Positions 1-37,324 of a DNA stretch of 64,000 nucleotides are shown in pieces. Origin of the DNA: Vicugna vicugna. Taxonomy: Eukaryota. Where the stretch lies: contig MU058226.1 of assembly GCA_013265495.1 (NCBI GenBank), forward strand, positions 892,741 through 956,740, in the 5' to 3' direction. A program made the translations under genes and the position numbers. The notes beneath the pieces are model-generated. The model was not told the DNA's origin, did not search any database, and saw only the letters and a program-made list of their open reading frames with translations. Numbering within the stretch: position 1 is the stretch's first letter; each line of letters begins with the position of its first letter.

Positions 1-289
1 ATAATCGTCCTCGTGTCTATATTGGCAAACATGGTGAGGCTGCCCAGAAGGATGGTCCAGCTGGATCCTGCTGCTGGAAGGCAGCATGTGGGGTCAGCAT
101 GTGTCTTTCAAAGAGGCCCAGCGTTGGGCCTGTTGTTGATCGGGGTGCTCAGTGCAGAGGGAAGGTAGGTGAGGACACATCTTTAGGTTCTTGTGCTGGC
201 CTGTCAGGGACATTGTCAATCTTGGGGGTGTGTAGGGAAGAGGTTGCCCTTCCAGCAAGATGAGGCTCTGATGCCCCGTGCTGTCCCAG

Positions 290-8983
<8,694 letters not shown>

Positions 8984-9051
8984 AGGGGAAGGGACATAAA
9001 CAGAACCTAACACCAGCTCCTTTTCTTTCTGTACATTATTTAATATCTATT

Positions 9052-9074
9052 AATAAAAATATTTTTGGAATAAA
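9052..9074 (+). terminator. DHX16 polyadenylation signals (two AATAAA)
   Basis: AATAAA at 9052-9057 and 9069-9074, about 70-90 nt after the stop codon. Confidence 0.75.
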
Positions 9075-9141
9075 GCTACAGGGGACTTTTGAGATTCAGA
9101 GAAAGTGACATGGAAATTCGATCTCACATATTCACTTAGAT

Positions 9142-9147
9142 TTTATT
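9142..9147 (-). terminator. C6orf136 polyadenylation signal
   Basis: TTTATT on + (AATAAA on -) about 165 nt past the C6orf136 stop. Confidence 0.7.
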
Positions 9148-9312
9148 ATTTACAAATTAAATTACACAGCAGCTTTACACAGCATGAGATGGACAGGAAA
9201 GGAGGAGCGAGAAGAGTCGGGGAAGCTGGCTCCTGAGGTTCTTGGCCGGCTCCACCTCCTCCTCTTGTGCGTAGCGAACTCTTTAACTGCTGCCTCCACC
9301 CCAGTTCCTGGG

Positions 9313-12300
9313 TCAGTCCTTGGAACACAGTTGTAAGTTGGGTTCTGGTTCCGACAGCCCCAGAGCCACCAGGGCTCCCACTAGCAGCTTCTTCACAGGC
9401 GTTGGGGGTGAGTGTGAAGGCATCAGCTGCAGGGAGAAAGCTTAATGCTGGTTGGTAGGATGTTCTACCCTGTCATCCCACCCCTTTCCAGCCCTGGGAC
9501 TCACTTTGTCTAGGCGATGGCGACAAATGAGGCCATTGGAATTCAGGTAGAAGGTGGAATAGGCATCATAGGTCCTGATGAAGAGAAGAGAGGCTTACCC
9601 AGGGACAAGGTATAATTCAAGCATCTGTTTAGTAGGTCCTAAACTTTGCTACATATTAGACCACCTGGGGGTCCTTTAAAATTTCTGAAGCCAGGTTACA
9701 CCCTGGCCCAATTAAATCACAATGTCTGGCACCAAATTTTCTTTAAAGATCCTCAGATGATTCCACTGTGCAACAAAGTCTGGGAACCACTGGTTTGGGC
9801 TGAGCCTAAGAATTTCTTGGGATTCGACTCTGTGCCAGAAATTTACTAAGCACTTTATCTAAGGTGTGAGGCACAACTTATGAGACAGGAATTTTCATCT
9901 GCTCAGTAAGTATTTTAGTATTTATGTGCCAAGTAATGTACTTGAAAAAACTGAGTTCAGAAGCCTCCTAATATACTCAGAGTCCCTATTTTTGTTATAT
10001 TTAAGTAGACTTAAAACAAGATCCTGCCCTCAAGGAGCCTGCAGTCAAGTCAGGGGAGATGGAGGATTGTTTAGGGGACCAGACCATAGATTCCTAAAAG
10101 GGTCAGATTAGGAAATTGATTTTAGTGTGTTTCCTTTCTCACTTTTCTTACCGGTAAAGTTCTTCCTTATCACGCTTATAGAAACGCAGAAAAAGCAGAT
10201 GGATGGGCAGCCCCACAAGCCGCCAGCGGGCTTGCAGGGTCCAGTTCTCAGGGTGGCGGGTCAGCTGTAGAACCTCCAGCCGAAGTTGCGCAAAATAGTT
10301 CCAGGCCAGGAAGCGGCAGAGGGTCAGTGACAGAATATACCATGTCCGGCCCCTAGGAAGAAGGGATGGGAAAGAAATCTCATGATGGCAGAATCAAAAA
10401 ACCAAACTGGCCTTAGTTGGAAGAATGGGGAACACTTATGAGAAGCAGCCTAGAACCTTCTCTAATAAGTGAAAACAGCATTGGGTCCTCTTCCTCCCCA
10501 AGGCCCTACCCGTTCCTGGATTCTCACTTGGTACGTATGTTCAGGATCTCATTGATGAATTCCACATCCGATGAGTAGAGAGTGTAGTCGTGGGAGTGAA
10601 GGAAGAGATTGGGAAGCTAGGTGAAAGAAGAAGACATGAGACCAGGAGAAAAGAAAAGATGACCCTATTTCTCAGTTTTCTGTATTTAGTGTCTCCTTAT
10701 TCCTCTCTGAGTGAAAGGTTATCTCCTCCCATGTTTTTAACTTCCCTATTCAAACTGAGAAGCATCTTTTCCTTGAGAAATGTTTATATTTCTATGCGTG
10801 TCACTCCATCGTGGCTCCAAGAAAGAATCCAGTTGACTAACTCCCTATTTTTAAGAATCACCTCCATCTCTTCCCATTTTGGCAAAGACTTTTGAACTGC
10901 CTTACCTCTTGTCTCAGTCTCTCATACATGACAGCTAAGTGCTCCTCCATACTCGGATCTCCTGATGGAGTGGCAGGGGAAGGGTGGGCAGTCCCAGGGG
11001 CTTGGAAAGGTATCAAAGCCCCAGGACAGGGCCAGGGAGGTCCCTCAAATAGGCTCCGAAGCCCATCTAAACAGCCACTATGTAATTCAGGTCCTGGTCC
11101 CTCCTCCCCCATTCCTGGGGGTAGAACCACCCATGGTGAGGTGAGGGCTTGGACCTGAGGGACAGGTAGTGGGGGAGCTCTGGGAAGCAGCCGGTTGGGA
11201 AGGCATGGGGGTGGGGGAGACCAAAGAAGAGGCAAAGGTGGAGAAGTGGTTGCTGTGGAGAGGGGCCAAAGGGGTGGGAATGGTAGAGGCCGTGGAGAAA
11301 GCTGGTCCTAAGAAGGAACAAAAGCAAAAAAGTTAAGAATCCAGCTGCCTCATGTCCCGCCATCCAAACTGCCCATTAACCTGCTTCCAATCCCTCCTGC
11401 TCCTCTTGAGAGAGATGGAATTACTAGAGGAAAAATTCACCTCCATCCCTACTTAAAACAGGAGGAAATACTCTCCTGTGACGTAAGTACAAGTACCTTC
11501 CCCAAAACATTAGCAAATACCTTTAGATTTAAGATTCCAACACTGTTTAGGGGCAGGTCTGCCTCTCTTATAGCAAGAATCATAATACATATTTGAAGAA
11601 TGAACAAATGAGTGAATAACAGCTTTTATCGTACAGTGGAGGAAATGATGCGGCCTGCACCACAATTACACGAGTAAGTGTGTAAGGCAGTTGTATGGAG
11701 AAAAGAACATCCAACCGGAACTAGGAGACTTGAGTTCCGATTCGATCATGTAGCCTTAGGCACTCTAATTCCCTAAGCCTGAGTTTCCCATAAATGTCCC
11801 CCTATAAACGAGGACGATGAGGCCACACTGAGTTATTATGAGGACTATATGAGATAATAAATGTAAATAAAACTTTGCGGCCTGTAAAGCAGTATATAAA
11901 TGCAAGCTTATTACTTGGGCTCCCTCTAATGACACGTAAAAGCCCAGGAGACCGTTAAAGGCTGGACCTCATTCCCCTGGTTTACTGACACTTCGATGAG
12001 GGGGAGGTCACCCAAAGTCAGACCTGGCCCGAGTCCCTGCGTTCCCAAGGAACCCCCCGAGGGGTTTCATAATCGGGAAGGCGGGCGGGCCGCACGGGTA
12101 CCTCGGTCCCCGACGGTGTCCCCGAGGCGCCGTCTCCGCCGGGGGCGTGGCCATCTTGCCCGCCCGGGCGCAGGGGCCCGAAACGGGTCCACCTGGGCCG
12201 GCCTTCCCGCCGGGACCGCTATCCGGGTGCAAGATGCGCGGGCTGCAGAGTGCGGCCTGCAGGTCGGTCTGGTAGGCTCCCGGGCCGCGCCGTGAATCAC

Positions 12301-12702
12301 TCCGCCCCCTGCCCTTCAAATCACCTCCAGGCACAGGTAACCGCGGAGACGCGGGCGAAATGAGGCCGCGCCTCGCCGCCCCAGCTTCAATCCCGCCTGC
12401 CCCCCGAGACCCGGGAGAACCGACCTCCAGTGTGCGCCAGGGCTGGCAGCCCCGCCCTCGGATCCCCGAGACCCCTGGCCCCTCCACGCGCCGCCCCGCA
12501 CAGGTGGGAAGGCGCGGTGGGAGTCATTGCGCCTGCGCGGACCGAGCGCGCGCTCCGCCCCACGCGCCGGCTCTGAGGAGGGTCTCTCCCCGCCCCCTCT
12601 CCTCCCCTCCCGCTTCCCCTCTGCTCTCACCTGGGGACGAGCCTGGTAGGCACGGAGGCAGGGGCCCAAACGCCGGGCCGCCCCCCGGCTGGGCTGGTAC
12701 AT
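9313..12702 (-). CDS. C6orf136: Uncharacterized protein C6orf136 ortholog, 315 aa
   Basis: Exons (minus) 12702-12631, 11307-10906, 10616-10528, 10352-10152, 9574-9505, 9426-9313(TGA); 948 nt total. Starts MYQPSRGAARRLGPCLRAYQARPQ, ends GLSEPEPNLQLCSKD*; recognised by sequence and by synteny between DHX16 and ATAT1. Confidence 0.93.
9635..9795. mobile_element. MER5-like (hAT-Charlie) DNA transposon remnant
   Basis: aaactttg…ttagaccacctggg…gatgattcc…aagtctgggaaccactg resembles the MER5A termini; recognised by eye. Confidence 0.55.
11690..11880. mobile_element. MIR SINE remnant
   Basis: MIR core-like gagacttgagttcc…ccttaggc…ctaagcctgagtttcc…gttattatgaggact…gagataat…tgtaaa. Confidence 0.55.
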
Positions 12703-13030
12703 GATCTTCCGGGAGTGGAGAGAGCGCCTCCGGTGTCCGGCCTCCGGCCTCCTCACAGGGGTGAGCGCGCCCCGGAGCCGGCTTCTTGAAGGGGAAAGGA
12801 GGGGGGGTGAGGGACTGAGGGCAGGGAAACGGGGATGTTGCGCGCTTGCGCACTGCGGCGGGTTCCAGGGAGGTGATGAGGCGCTGGTTCTGCAGTAAGT
12901 GCGCCTGCGCTCGCCGGACGGGCGGCTGCCTCAGAGCGCTTGCGCAGTAAATAAGCGGCCTTGAGCTCGGCTCACTTGTGGCGCTGGCGTAAAAGGGACG
13001 GACGATGGGGCTCAACCGGCTGCACCGAGT
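12000..13030. promoter_or_regulatory. CpG island / C6orf136 promoter
   Basis: Very high GC and CpG density around exon 1; NRF1-like TGCGCxTGCGC elements near 12840-12910. Confidence 0.75.
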
Positions 13031-13094
13031 GAGGGGTGGAAATGAAATAATGACAATCACGTTTCTCAGAAACTCTCGTGATAAAAATAAATAC

Positions 13095-13100
13095 TTTATT
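13095..13100 (-). terminator. ATAT1 long-isoform polyadenylation signal
   Basis: TTTATT on + about 160 nt beyond the stop at 13260. Confidence 0.65.
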
Positions 13101-13259
13101 GCTCTGGTTAAAAATAAGATACAAATGACTTGGCACGGATAAGAAAGCCTGTCGAATGAATGAATGAATGAATGAATACATTTAATACGAGGGCAGCCTT
13201 GGCCATGTCCTGCAGTGAGAGAAATAATACTGACTTTGAAGGTGTGAGGGGTGCTGCGG

Positions 13260-24870
<11,611 letters not shown>

Positions 24871-25132
24871 TTTTTCTTTGGCCTAGTGTCTTATTCTCCA
24901 ACCCTTTAGCCCCTCAGTGAACAGCTGGGGATGATGGGGACACGGTGCACCGGGTACAAGGGGCCACAGTGATCATGATAGAATGGCACAACTGTTCATC
25001 CAGGTGGCATCTGGTCCCAAGCATCCACTGGCAGACCTGGCTCAAGCCTGACCATTCCTTTTCCCACGGAAGCATCCACTGCCCCGCTCCCAAAGCATTC
25101 ATCTGAAATTCAGTCCAGAGACAAGGTACAGC

Positions 25133-25138
25133 TTTATT
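25133..25138 (-). terminator. MRPS18B polyadenylation signal
   Basis: TTTATT on + about 270 nt beyond the stop. Confidence 0.6.
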
Positions 25139-25403
25139 GTGGAAAAACTCAGCTGGCACAGGTATGAAACAGTAACGGAATGGTTAGCCCATCTATTTAC
25201 AATATAGAGGGCCTGGGGTTTCCCATATACTTCTGTACTGCCCTCCCTCAGCCTCAGATGTATTTTATCTCTTTCACCAACAATCATTTTCCTTCTCTGG
25301 CTCTGGGCCTGCTGTTGGCCACAGAGTAGACACAACTCTTCAGGGTGAAATATTGTATTAGGGACCTCCCCCCCCCTCCAGCTCCCATCTCAGTCTACAG
25401 CGC

Positions 25404-29824
<4,421 letters not shown>

Positions 29825-29829
29825 CCTGA

Positions 29830-30470
29830 CGTACGCACAAAGCAGGAAAAGGCCGGAGAAGCGACTGCGCATGCGCCAGGAAGCTGACTAGGGTAGGGCC
29901 AAGGACGGGCCTGCAGTGCGGAGGGCGGCTGCGCATCTGCGTCAGGACGGAAGCGTGAAGGGGGGGCGGGCAGAGGGAGAAGCCAATTTAAACTGCGTCA
30001 CAATCGAATTCGGCCTCAAAATTACGTTTTCTCTGAACCAGTCACTACGACTCTTAGATCCCATTCTTCGAGTTTGTATTTTATGCAATTTTGAACTCGA
30101 TTTTGACCGAGATCTTCTCACTGCGCATGCGCCCGTCTGATTCTACCAACCCAGGGTGAGAACTGTTCTCGAAGGCGGAAGTGGTGGAAGCAGAGGAAAG
30201 GGAGGTGCTAGGCCGCCGGTCACGCGCACGCTTTGGGGGGCCAGGAAGGAGGCGGAAGAAGGTGCATGGGGGAAGGGGCTGAGCGAAGGGGAAGGCAGGG
30301 TAGCCAATTAGCTGGCGAGTTGTCTTTCTGGTTGACCAATGAATTCACGCCTCGCGCACAACGTCTCTCGACAAGGGCGTTTCACTAGCACGTTTGGGCG
30401 CGTTGGGCGGCGTCCGGGTATAAAAGACTCCGCCCGAGCGGACAGCCGCCATTCTGGGGTTCGTTTAGAG
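29830..30470. promoter_or_regulatory. Bidirectional CpG-island promoter MRPS18B / PPP1R10
   Basis: Head-to-head genes about 600 bp apart; NRF1 palindromes TGCGCATGCGC near 29866 and 30122; CCAAT at 30304 and 30336; TATAAAA at 30419-30425; YY1-like GCCGCCATT near 30445. Confidence 0.85.
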
Positions 30471-31217
30471 GTAAGTTTCGGTATTTTGTCGGTTAGAGGG
30501 TAAAATTTTGCTCCGAGAGTTGGCCTAGGAGACGGGTTAGACATGGGCTCAGCTAAGAGCCATGACTTGTATAAAGCGGCTGTGTTCGGGGTGGGACGTG
30601 GAGGTGTGTGGGAACAACAGAAGTGGTACTTCTGGGTGTTAAGAGCAACCCGTGCTGATTATATCTTTCTCCTTTGTGTTCTTTCATCCCAGGTTTGAAT
30701 TTTCTCGGAGAAAGACAGGCCGGCCACGAGGAAAAAAGAAACAAGCCGCAGCAACATCTAAGCCCTTGAAAGGATCCTGAGGGGGGAAAGGGAAAACAGC
30801 AGCCACCAGCCCAACCACTTGTGTCTTCTGCCCCTTCCCACCTATCTTGTCCACCCCACCAGCCCACGCTGCTTGGGACTTGAAATCTGTGGCCGAAGGA
30901 CCGTCACCACATAACTTCAAAAATAATCAACCACCCACCCTTCCCAAACCCACCCAAATTCACTCATCCAGCGTTTACTTTTTTGAATCCACTCAGAACT
31001 TTTTTTTCTACGACCCCCCCTCCCTAAATGGAGTTGGGTGGGGGGAGAAATGAATACTGAGTTGGCCTTTATTTTTTTAAAGAGACTTTTTGATCCAATG
31101 AGGCCCCCCAAATAATTGAGTTTTGGGTCCTGGTTGGTTGTTTTATTTTTTTTCTCCAAAATTTTAACCCCCTCCCCCCCTGAGCCCGAGGTGCTGACGT
31201 CGCAAAAAAATTGGATA
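30449..31217 (+). other. PPP1R10: PPP1R10 non-coding 5' exons (about 30449-30470 and 30693-31217)
   Basis: Donor GAG|GTAAGT at 30470 just after the TATA box; acceptor catcccag at 30692; donor ATA|GTAAGT at 31217; next acceptor cttag at 37313 precedes the ATG. TSS is approximate. Confidence 0.65.
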
Positions 31218-34200
31218 GTAAGTGTCGAATTTTCAAAAACCAGCCTTGCAACAAGAAATCAACGTTTCCCGTTGTGAAACCAAAAATAATGAGAGGAAGA
31301 AATGAGACCATAGAACAAATAGAGAACTGGAGAAGGACCAATCCGGTCACTTGATCTCCATTAAAAAGGGCCTTTGGGTCTAAACAGTGGTGTTCTCTCC
31401 CCTACCACCTACCTCTTCCCTGCCCTGGTGCAGACGAGGAGAGGGTGGAGGGAGGGCCAGCAAGTTAGGATTTTGATGGTTAACCCTTGGTAATCCAGTC
31501 AATTTTCCAGACTGCCAAAGCCATAAGTGTTTGCTTATTATAAGGAGGAACGGCTACCTTCCTCTTGTTAGCAGTCTTCAAAAGGGTTAATGAGCTCACA
31601 TACAAAAGATGGTGGATCTTGTGGCCCAGAAGTCCCACTTCTTTGTGTGTGAGACAAGCAGGGCACCTTTCAATTTGCCAGAGTAATAAGCAATCTGTAC
31701 ATAAAGATTGCAGGGTAAGGAAATGGGCAGAGAAATAGTAGTTGGCTATGACTTTTAAATGATTGTTAACTCCTCTCAATTTTAATGTAATTTGCTTGGG
31801 ATATATTTGTGTGGTTAATATAGGTGGCAATCTAGGAATAAAGATTGCAAGACACTTAATTCAGGGCAAAATATAATCTTAGTGCCAATACATACAAGAT
31901 AATACTAGTTGGGGAGGTAAAAAATGTCTTGTAATTGTTGCAGATTGCATAGGTTATTTAAAAGCAAAAGAAGTGATTAACATTTTAACTTGATACTTTT
32001 TGGTGGGGGGAAATACAGTTAAGTAGAGGGTGGAAAGTTTGGGGAAATGTGGAATTCAGGAGTATAATTTTAAAAGCCATTTAGTGCAATTGAATGCTAG
32101 CTTTCTAAAAGATTTGTGTCGTTAAAAGGAATTTTTTTCTTCCCTGCTTCAATATGGCGACTTTCTTTGTCCTTTGTCTTCCAAGCGGCGTTGCAGGTTG
32201 TGTCTTGACCCATTTTTTTCCTGTCCTCCCACCTCAACCCTATTTGTTGAGAGGGGTCCAAGTCCTCCCCCTTTCCCTTTATAGGGAGGATGGGGGTGGT
32301 CGATGGTAGCAGATTGAACCTCGATTGCAAATTCAGTTCTTAGCCGCAGAAAATTGTTCTTTTTAATATTTTAATTGCTTTTATTTTCACAACGGCTCTT
32401 ACTGATTCAAAGTAGATCAAAGACGATTCAAGATCGGGGTCTGGTTTTTGTTTTGTTTTTGTTTTTGTTTTACTAAAAAGGGATTTTTCTTAATGTAGAA
32501 AGTTACCGGCAGAGGATAGCTTTGTAAGTTGGAGTCCTCTTCTCCATTACAAAATGGCGTCCCTGCTTCTTTGTTGTTTTTCTCCCCCTTTTGCCATCCG
32601 GAGCTTAGGGCCGCCCTAGAAACTTGGTCAAGGGGGAGGAGCAGCATTGAAAGGTGATGTAATCAGCTTTCTTCCTCTCCACCCTCTTGAAACTCCACCC
32701 CTGAGCAGATGCCTTCTGGACTCCCTGTGCACGCTGCTGCTAGACAGGAAAAGCCATTTTCCTTATTTTCTTTACAGTCTTTTACAACCTTTATCTTAAA
32801 AGGAAAAAAGCTTATAGGAATTAGGTCTTGAAGCTGTCCGTCTCCTTGGGCACCTCTAGTTTTTATGTGTAACAATCCAGAGCCTGTTACTTTAATTTTC
32901 ACCTTTCATTCATCACAACTGCTTGGAAGTTTTCCCGCTTCAGTTGCCAGGGGTGGAAAACCAGTGAAACAGCTGTACTTTAAGGCTGGAAGCTTTTGGG
33001 TGGAGTGTGTGTGTGAGTGTGTGTCCGTCTGTGTGTGTTGGAAGATAACTGGGGAAAGACACAAGGGCTTGTGAAAGAGTAACTGGAATAGACAACTGGG
33101 GCCTAACGACAGTGAACTGTGCCATTTCTGTTCAGGAACCAGTCCTTGGGCCTCCTGCAGTTTGTATAATGAGACTGGCGGAGAGTGGGTACTTGAGGAC
33201 TTTCTTCTAAATCGCCCTTATTCCCGCCTCTGGCTTTGGGGGTCACCTCTTTGTGTGCAGTGCTGTATCACGTTCTCCAGTTGCTTAGCTCCTGTACATT
33301 GGTACTAGGATGAGAAGTGACTTTAGGAAAGGAGGCGGCAGTTGTAAACTCGAGGCAGGGGGAATCAAGCTACGGTTTCTGGTAAGCAAAACCTTTCTAG
33401 TATTACATTTCACGACCTTCATTTCTTTTTTCCAAAGAGTCACCCTTTTTGAATTTCTTTTCCTTCCCTTCTAAAAGAAATTTCTTAAAGACAATGGGAA
33501 AATAATGTTCTCTTCATTTTTCAACTTGTACAGTGCTGTAGCAGTTGGTGCATGTTCGAGAGCCATGCCCTACCTGAGGGTGGTTTTGGGTGTCCTGTCC
33601 CTTTCTTACCTTTCTTCCTCCAATTTTCTCAAAGTCAAATCTTTATTAGACTCCAGGTACTTTTCATTTTTTAAAGTCCTGCCCTGAAGCATAGCAATTC
33701 TGGGCAGAATTGGAAAGCCATTTTGTGCAGCTGTTCTGTGGGGACTTGGGGAGACTTCAGGGCTAGTTTTCTACTGGGTCCAGATTTTCAAATTACTTAA
33801 GCTTCTGGATTGGTTGGGAGGGAATCTTCCACATGTCCTATTGACCACAAGTTTTTTATCTTTTAAGCAGTTTGCCCTGTGCCTTCGCAGCATACCTTCC
33901 TTGGGAGCTGAACATTCTACCCACTGGGGTTCCTGATTTCTAGTGAGCAGGGGATTAATAAAGAAGATCTACTTTAACATGGGAGATGGGAACAAAGGTC
34001 TTCTAGGGAAACCACATCCATCCAGAGAACCTCGGAGAACCAGATCCTTGTAGTTTGTGGCCAGAGTTCTATCCTGGGATCCTGTCCTATGGTGGGGGGT
34101 GGGGGGCCGGGGGGGAGTGGATTTTACACCCTTATTGGAAGGCAAATAATCTTTGGGGGAGGGCATCTGCTTATCAGGTTTTGAGAATGATTTTGAGGGA

Positions 34201-37200
34201 TGGGGGCTTGTGAATCACCTGAGAGACATAATTCAAACCACTGTTGAGTTGGTGTAGGAAGTGCTTCAATTACTGAGGAGAGGGAGGGGAACATAAGGGG
34301 GTAGTTACAAAGCATTTCATTTCCAGATGTGCCAAGGCCTGTAAGTTAAGGTAAACTGGCTCCTCCCTCTTGTTAGAAGACTCTTGTGATTGTTTTTAAA
34401 CTTGTATAGAGTTTTTGTCTTGAACCAGTTCAGTTCTGTTTCATTGGTGATGGGTATGGAATAACTGGTTAAGCTAGGCATTTTTCATCTTATTTAATTG
34501 AATAACCCTCAAGTCAAATTCATTTTGGAGGCAGGAGTTGGTGTCACCTCTGGACTTAATTTTCTCTCTGATAGGAGAGGTAGAAGATCCCCCCACCCCC
34601 ACCCGTGCCTTCTGTCAGTGCACGTCTCTGCTGGCAGCATCCTCCCTAAGGAGAGTCCAGCTTAGGACAAAGTGGAAAAAATATTCCTCCCCACCTCAGC
34701 CCCCAGCTTCTGTACGTTCTTCCTTCAAGGAAGTTAAAACATACCATGCCTTGGATTGTTTTGGATCCAGAAAGCTTCCTCAAGCTTTCCTTCCAGGCTC
34801 CAGACACTTGGTCACTGCCCCTCCCTCCCTGGTCAGCTCATTTGCCTTTTCTGCTGTGGGCCTGTGCCAGGAATTTGGGCTCTTCATTCCTTTCCACTTG
34901 AGTGCTTTGGGACTTCTTTCCAAATGTACTGACTTCAGAATAAGGAAATTAGGTTGTAAGACACTTGGGGTCCTTAATTTTAAAGGCGTGAAAACTGCAC
35001 TGGAGGAAAGCCATCATGAGGAAACCCAGTAGTGTTTTACCCCATGATTGGTGCTCATGAGACAGAATTTAGTTTTGTTAATTATATTTACAGAATATAA
35101 ATAATAGGAATGTAGTGGAAAATGAATATTTAACATTTCTTTGCGAGCTTCCCTCGACTATTAATGTCTTTTATTCTGGTTTGCTGTGAATGGGAATTAA
35201 AAAGTTGTCCCTGGGTCCCATTCCCAGCAGAAGGCACTGGACCGAGTTTAGCTAAGTACTCGCTGGTTTCTTTTCTCTCTAAAAATGGTTCTCTCATCTC
35301 CCACCCTGTTAAGCAAAGGAACATTTGAGCTCAAGGGACAGTTTTTGTTTCTGAAGGAAGTAGGGGTAGCAGGCCTGCTGGCTTAACTGGTAGGTGGATA
35401 TGCAAGAGGGACTTCTCCAAGGTGCTGTAATTCAGCTCTGTGGGGCCAGCTGTATTTAGGGGGCACTGGTTTGAAGTGAAGTTAGTTTAATTGAAGGCTT
35501 TTTGTCACATTGCATATATTTTGGTTGCTGGTGATATATGTTGTTCCTCTGGATTTGTTCATTGCTTTTCCAGTCTGCAGCAGGTGGGAAATCTGTTTTA
35601 TGTATCCCTTTGTTCTCTCTTTATGGTGTCTTACTACAGGGGGCAAATTCCTTTATCCCCAAGTCTGTCTCTTTGTAAGAGTCACCTCATTTAAGTGGAT
35701 TTGGCCCATGGACTTCTCATTTTCTGGTATTTGACTTGAATGTTTTTTCCTCTGACCTCAGGTTCTGCCTGTGCTCGTGGAGATTCCAGGGCAGCAGCAA
35801 CAGCACAGTTAACTCACGTTTGCTCACCTCTCAGCATTCAGCCCACGAACCCAGTTTCCTCCCTCCCCTCCCCCCACCTCCTCTTCCCTGGGCTGTTAGG
35901 ACCTGTGAATGTAGAAGTGTATTGACCTTGTTGGGATGATTAAAAGGCTGAGATTGGTATGCTTGTTTTTCTCTTTTGGTTTGAGAACAGATAGAAGTAA
36001 TTGACACGATCTTGTAAGAAACCTGTTTCCTTTTCTGCAGAAAATACAGTCATCTTTGTAAAACACTGCTTTTCCCACCCTTCTGCTGGGCTCAGGCCTG
36101 TTATTTCTGTGCTAGATGTGGGGTGAAGGGGGCTCTTTACCCCTTGCCTCCTTCCTGCCCAGTGTGCATCTTATTTCCCAAAGGTCGATATTACTAAGCT
36201 GGCTTTCTTTTCTGCTTCCTAGAAGCCACTGTTCAGAGGCATTGTGGATAGAAATCCTAATCAGAACCATATTGATTCTAATTACCTGTCTTGAACTTGG
36301 GTTTTGTCCTAGACATTGCGTCACATGTCTCTGTCCTGTAACAGCTGTGTTTAGCTTTTAATTAACTCCTAACCTGGGCTAAAGTAGCTACTTAAAATTT
36401 AATGGCATTTTCCCAGCTTCTGGTTTTATCTGTTCATTCTTTTTGGTTCCATGATTATTAATTTCAGGCTTTCCTTGGGGATCTTGGGTGGTGGTGTGAT
36501 TTAGGTCTGGGATAGGGGTCAGATTTGCATCTTTGCTTTTGAAACCATAAACCAGTCTTACCCTTAACTTTGAAAGAGTGAAAACTTGTGCAGTGTTTGT
36601 AATGAGTGACATTCTATTCAGGGCTTAGGAGGACCTACTTGATTTTCTTTGCATCCATTTGTCTCTTTCTGGGAACTATGCCGTAACTCACATTGGGGAG
36701 GGGTTCTGTTTTCGAGTTTTGTTTCCTTCTCTTTCTCCTACATCTTTAGCCAATTGACTCGGGTGCAAGCAGGACATATCCTGCCACTTGTGGGGATTGA
36801 CTATGGACTAAGATAGAAAGGAATTGACTCTTAGAAGACACTTAGCCCAAGCACTCACGATTGGCCCAACTCTTATCAAGCTATAGTTTTTTTTTTTCTT
36901 TAAGGCAGATTCATCAGCAGCTAAGGAGAAACAGGACCTAATAAGCAAAAATGCCTTGGAGAGTTGAGCATCTGTTTTGGGAATGTGGATCTTAGCCCTG
37001 ATACAGCCTAGTGAAGTTGGGCTCCTAGGAAGGCTGTAGCTAGGTGTGAGAGAAGAGGCTACCTCAGTCCTCCCGCCTAGTTGTCTTCCCTTTCCGTCGT
37101 GTTTAACACCAGCCTTCCCTTGCCAGGGCTGTTTTCTTAGGAGTGACAGTGGTTTGTGGATTTTTCCTAGAAAATGGTGTGTGTAGTGGAATATAGGTTG

Positions 37201-37324
37201 AATAATCAGTCACTAGTAATCTGACAGATGTAGAGATGCGCTTTATTAGAGGGCAGCTGGAACTGTCCTTGCCACCCATTAATCTGTGGGTTTGTTTTGT
37301 CCTTTCATCTTAGAAGCCTTGATC

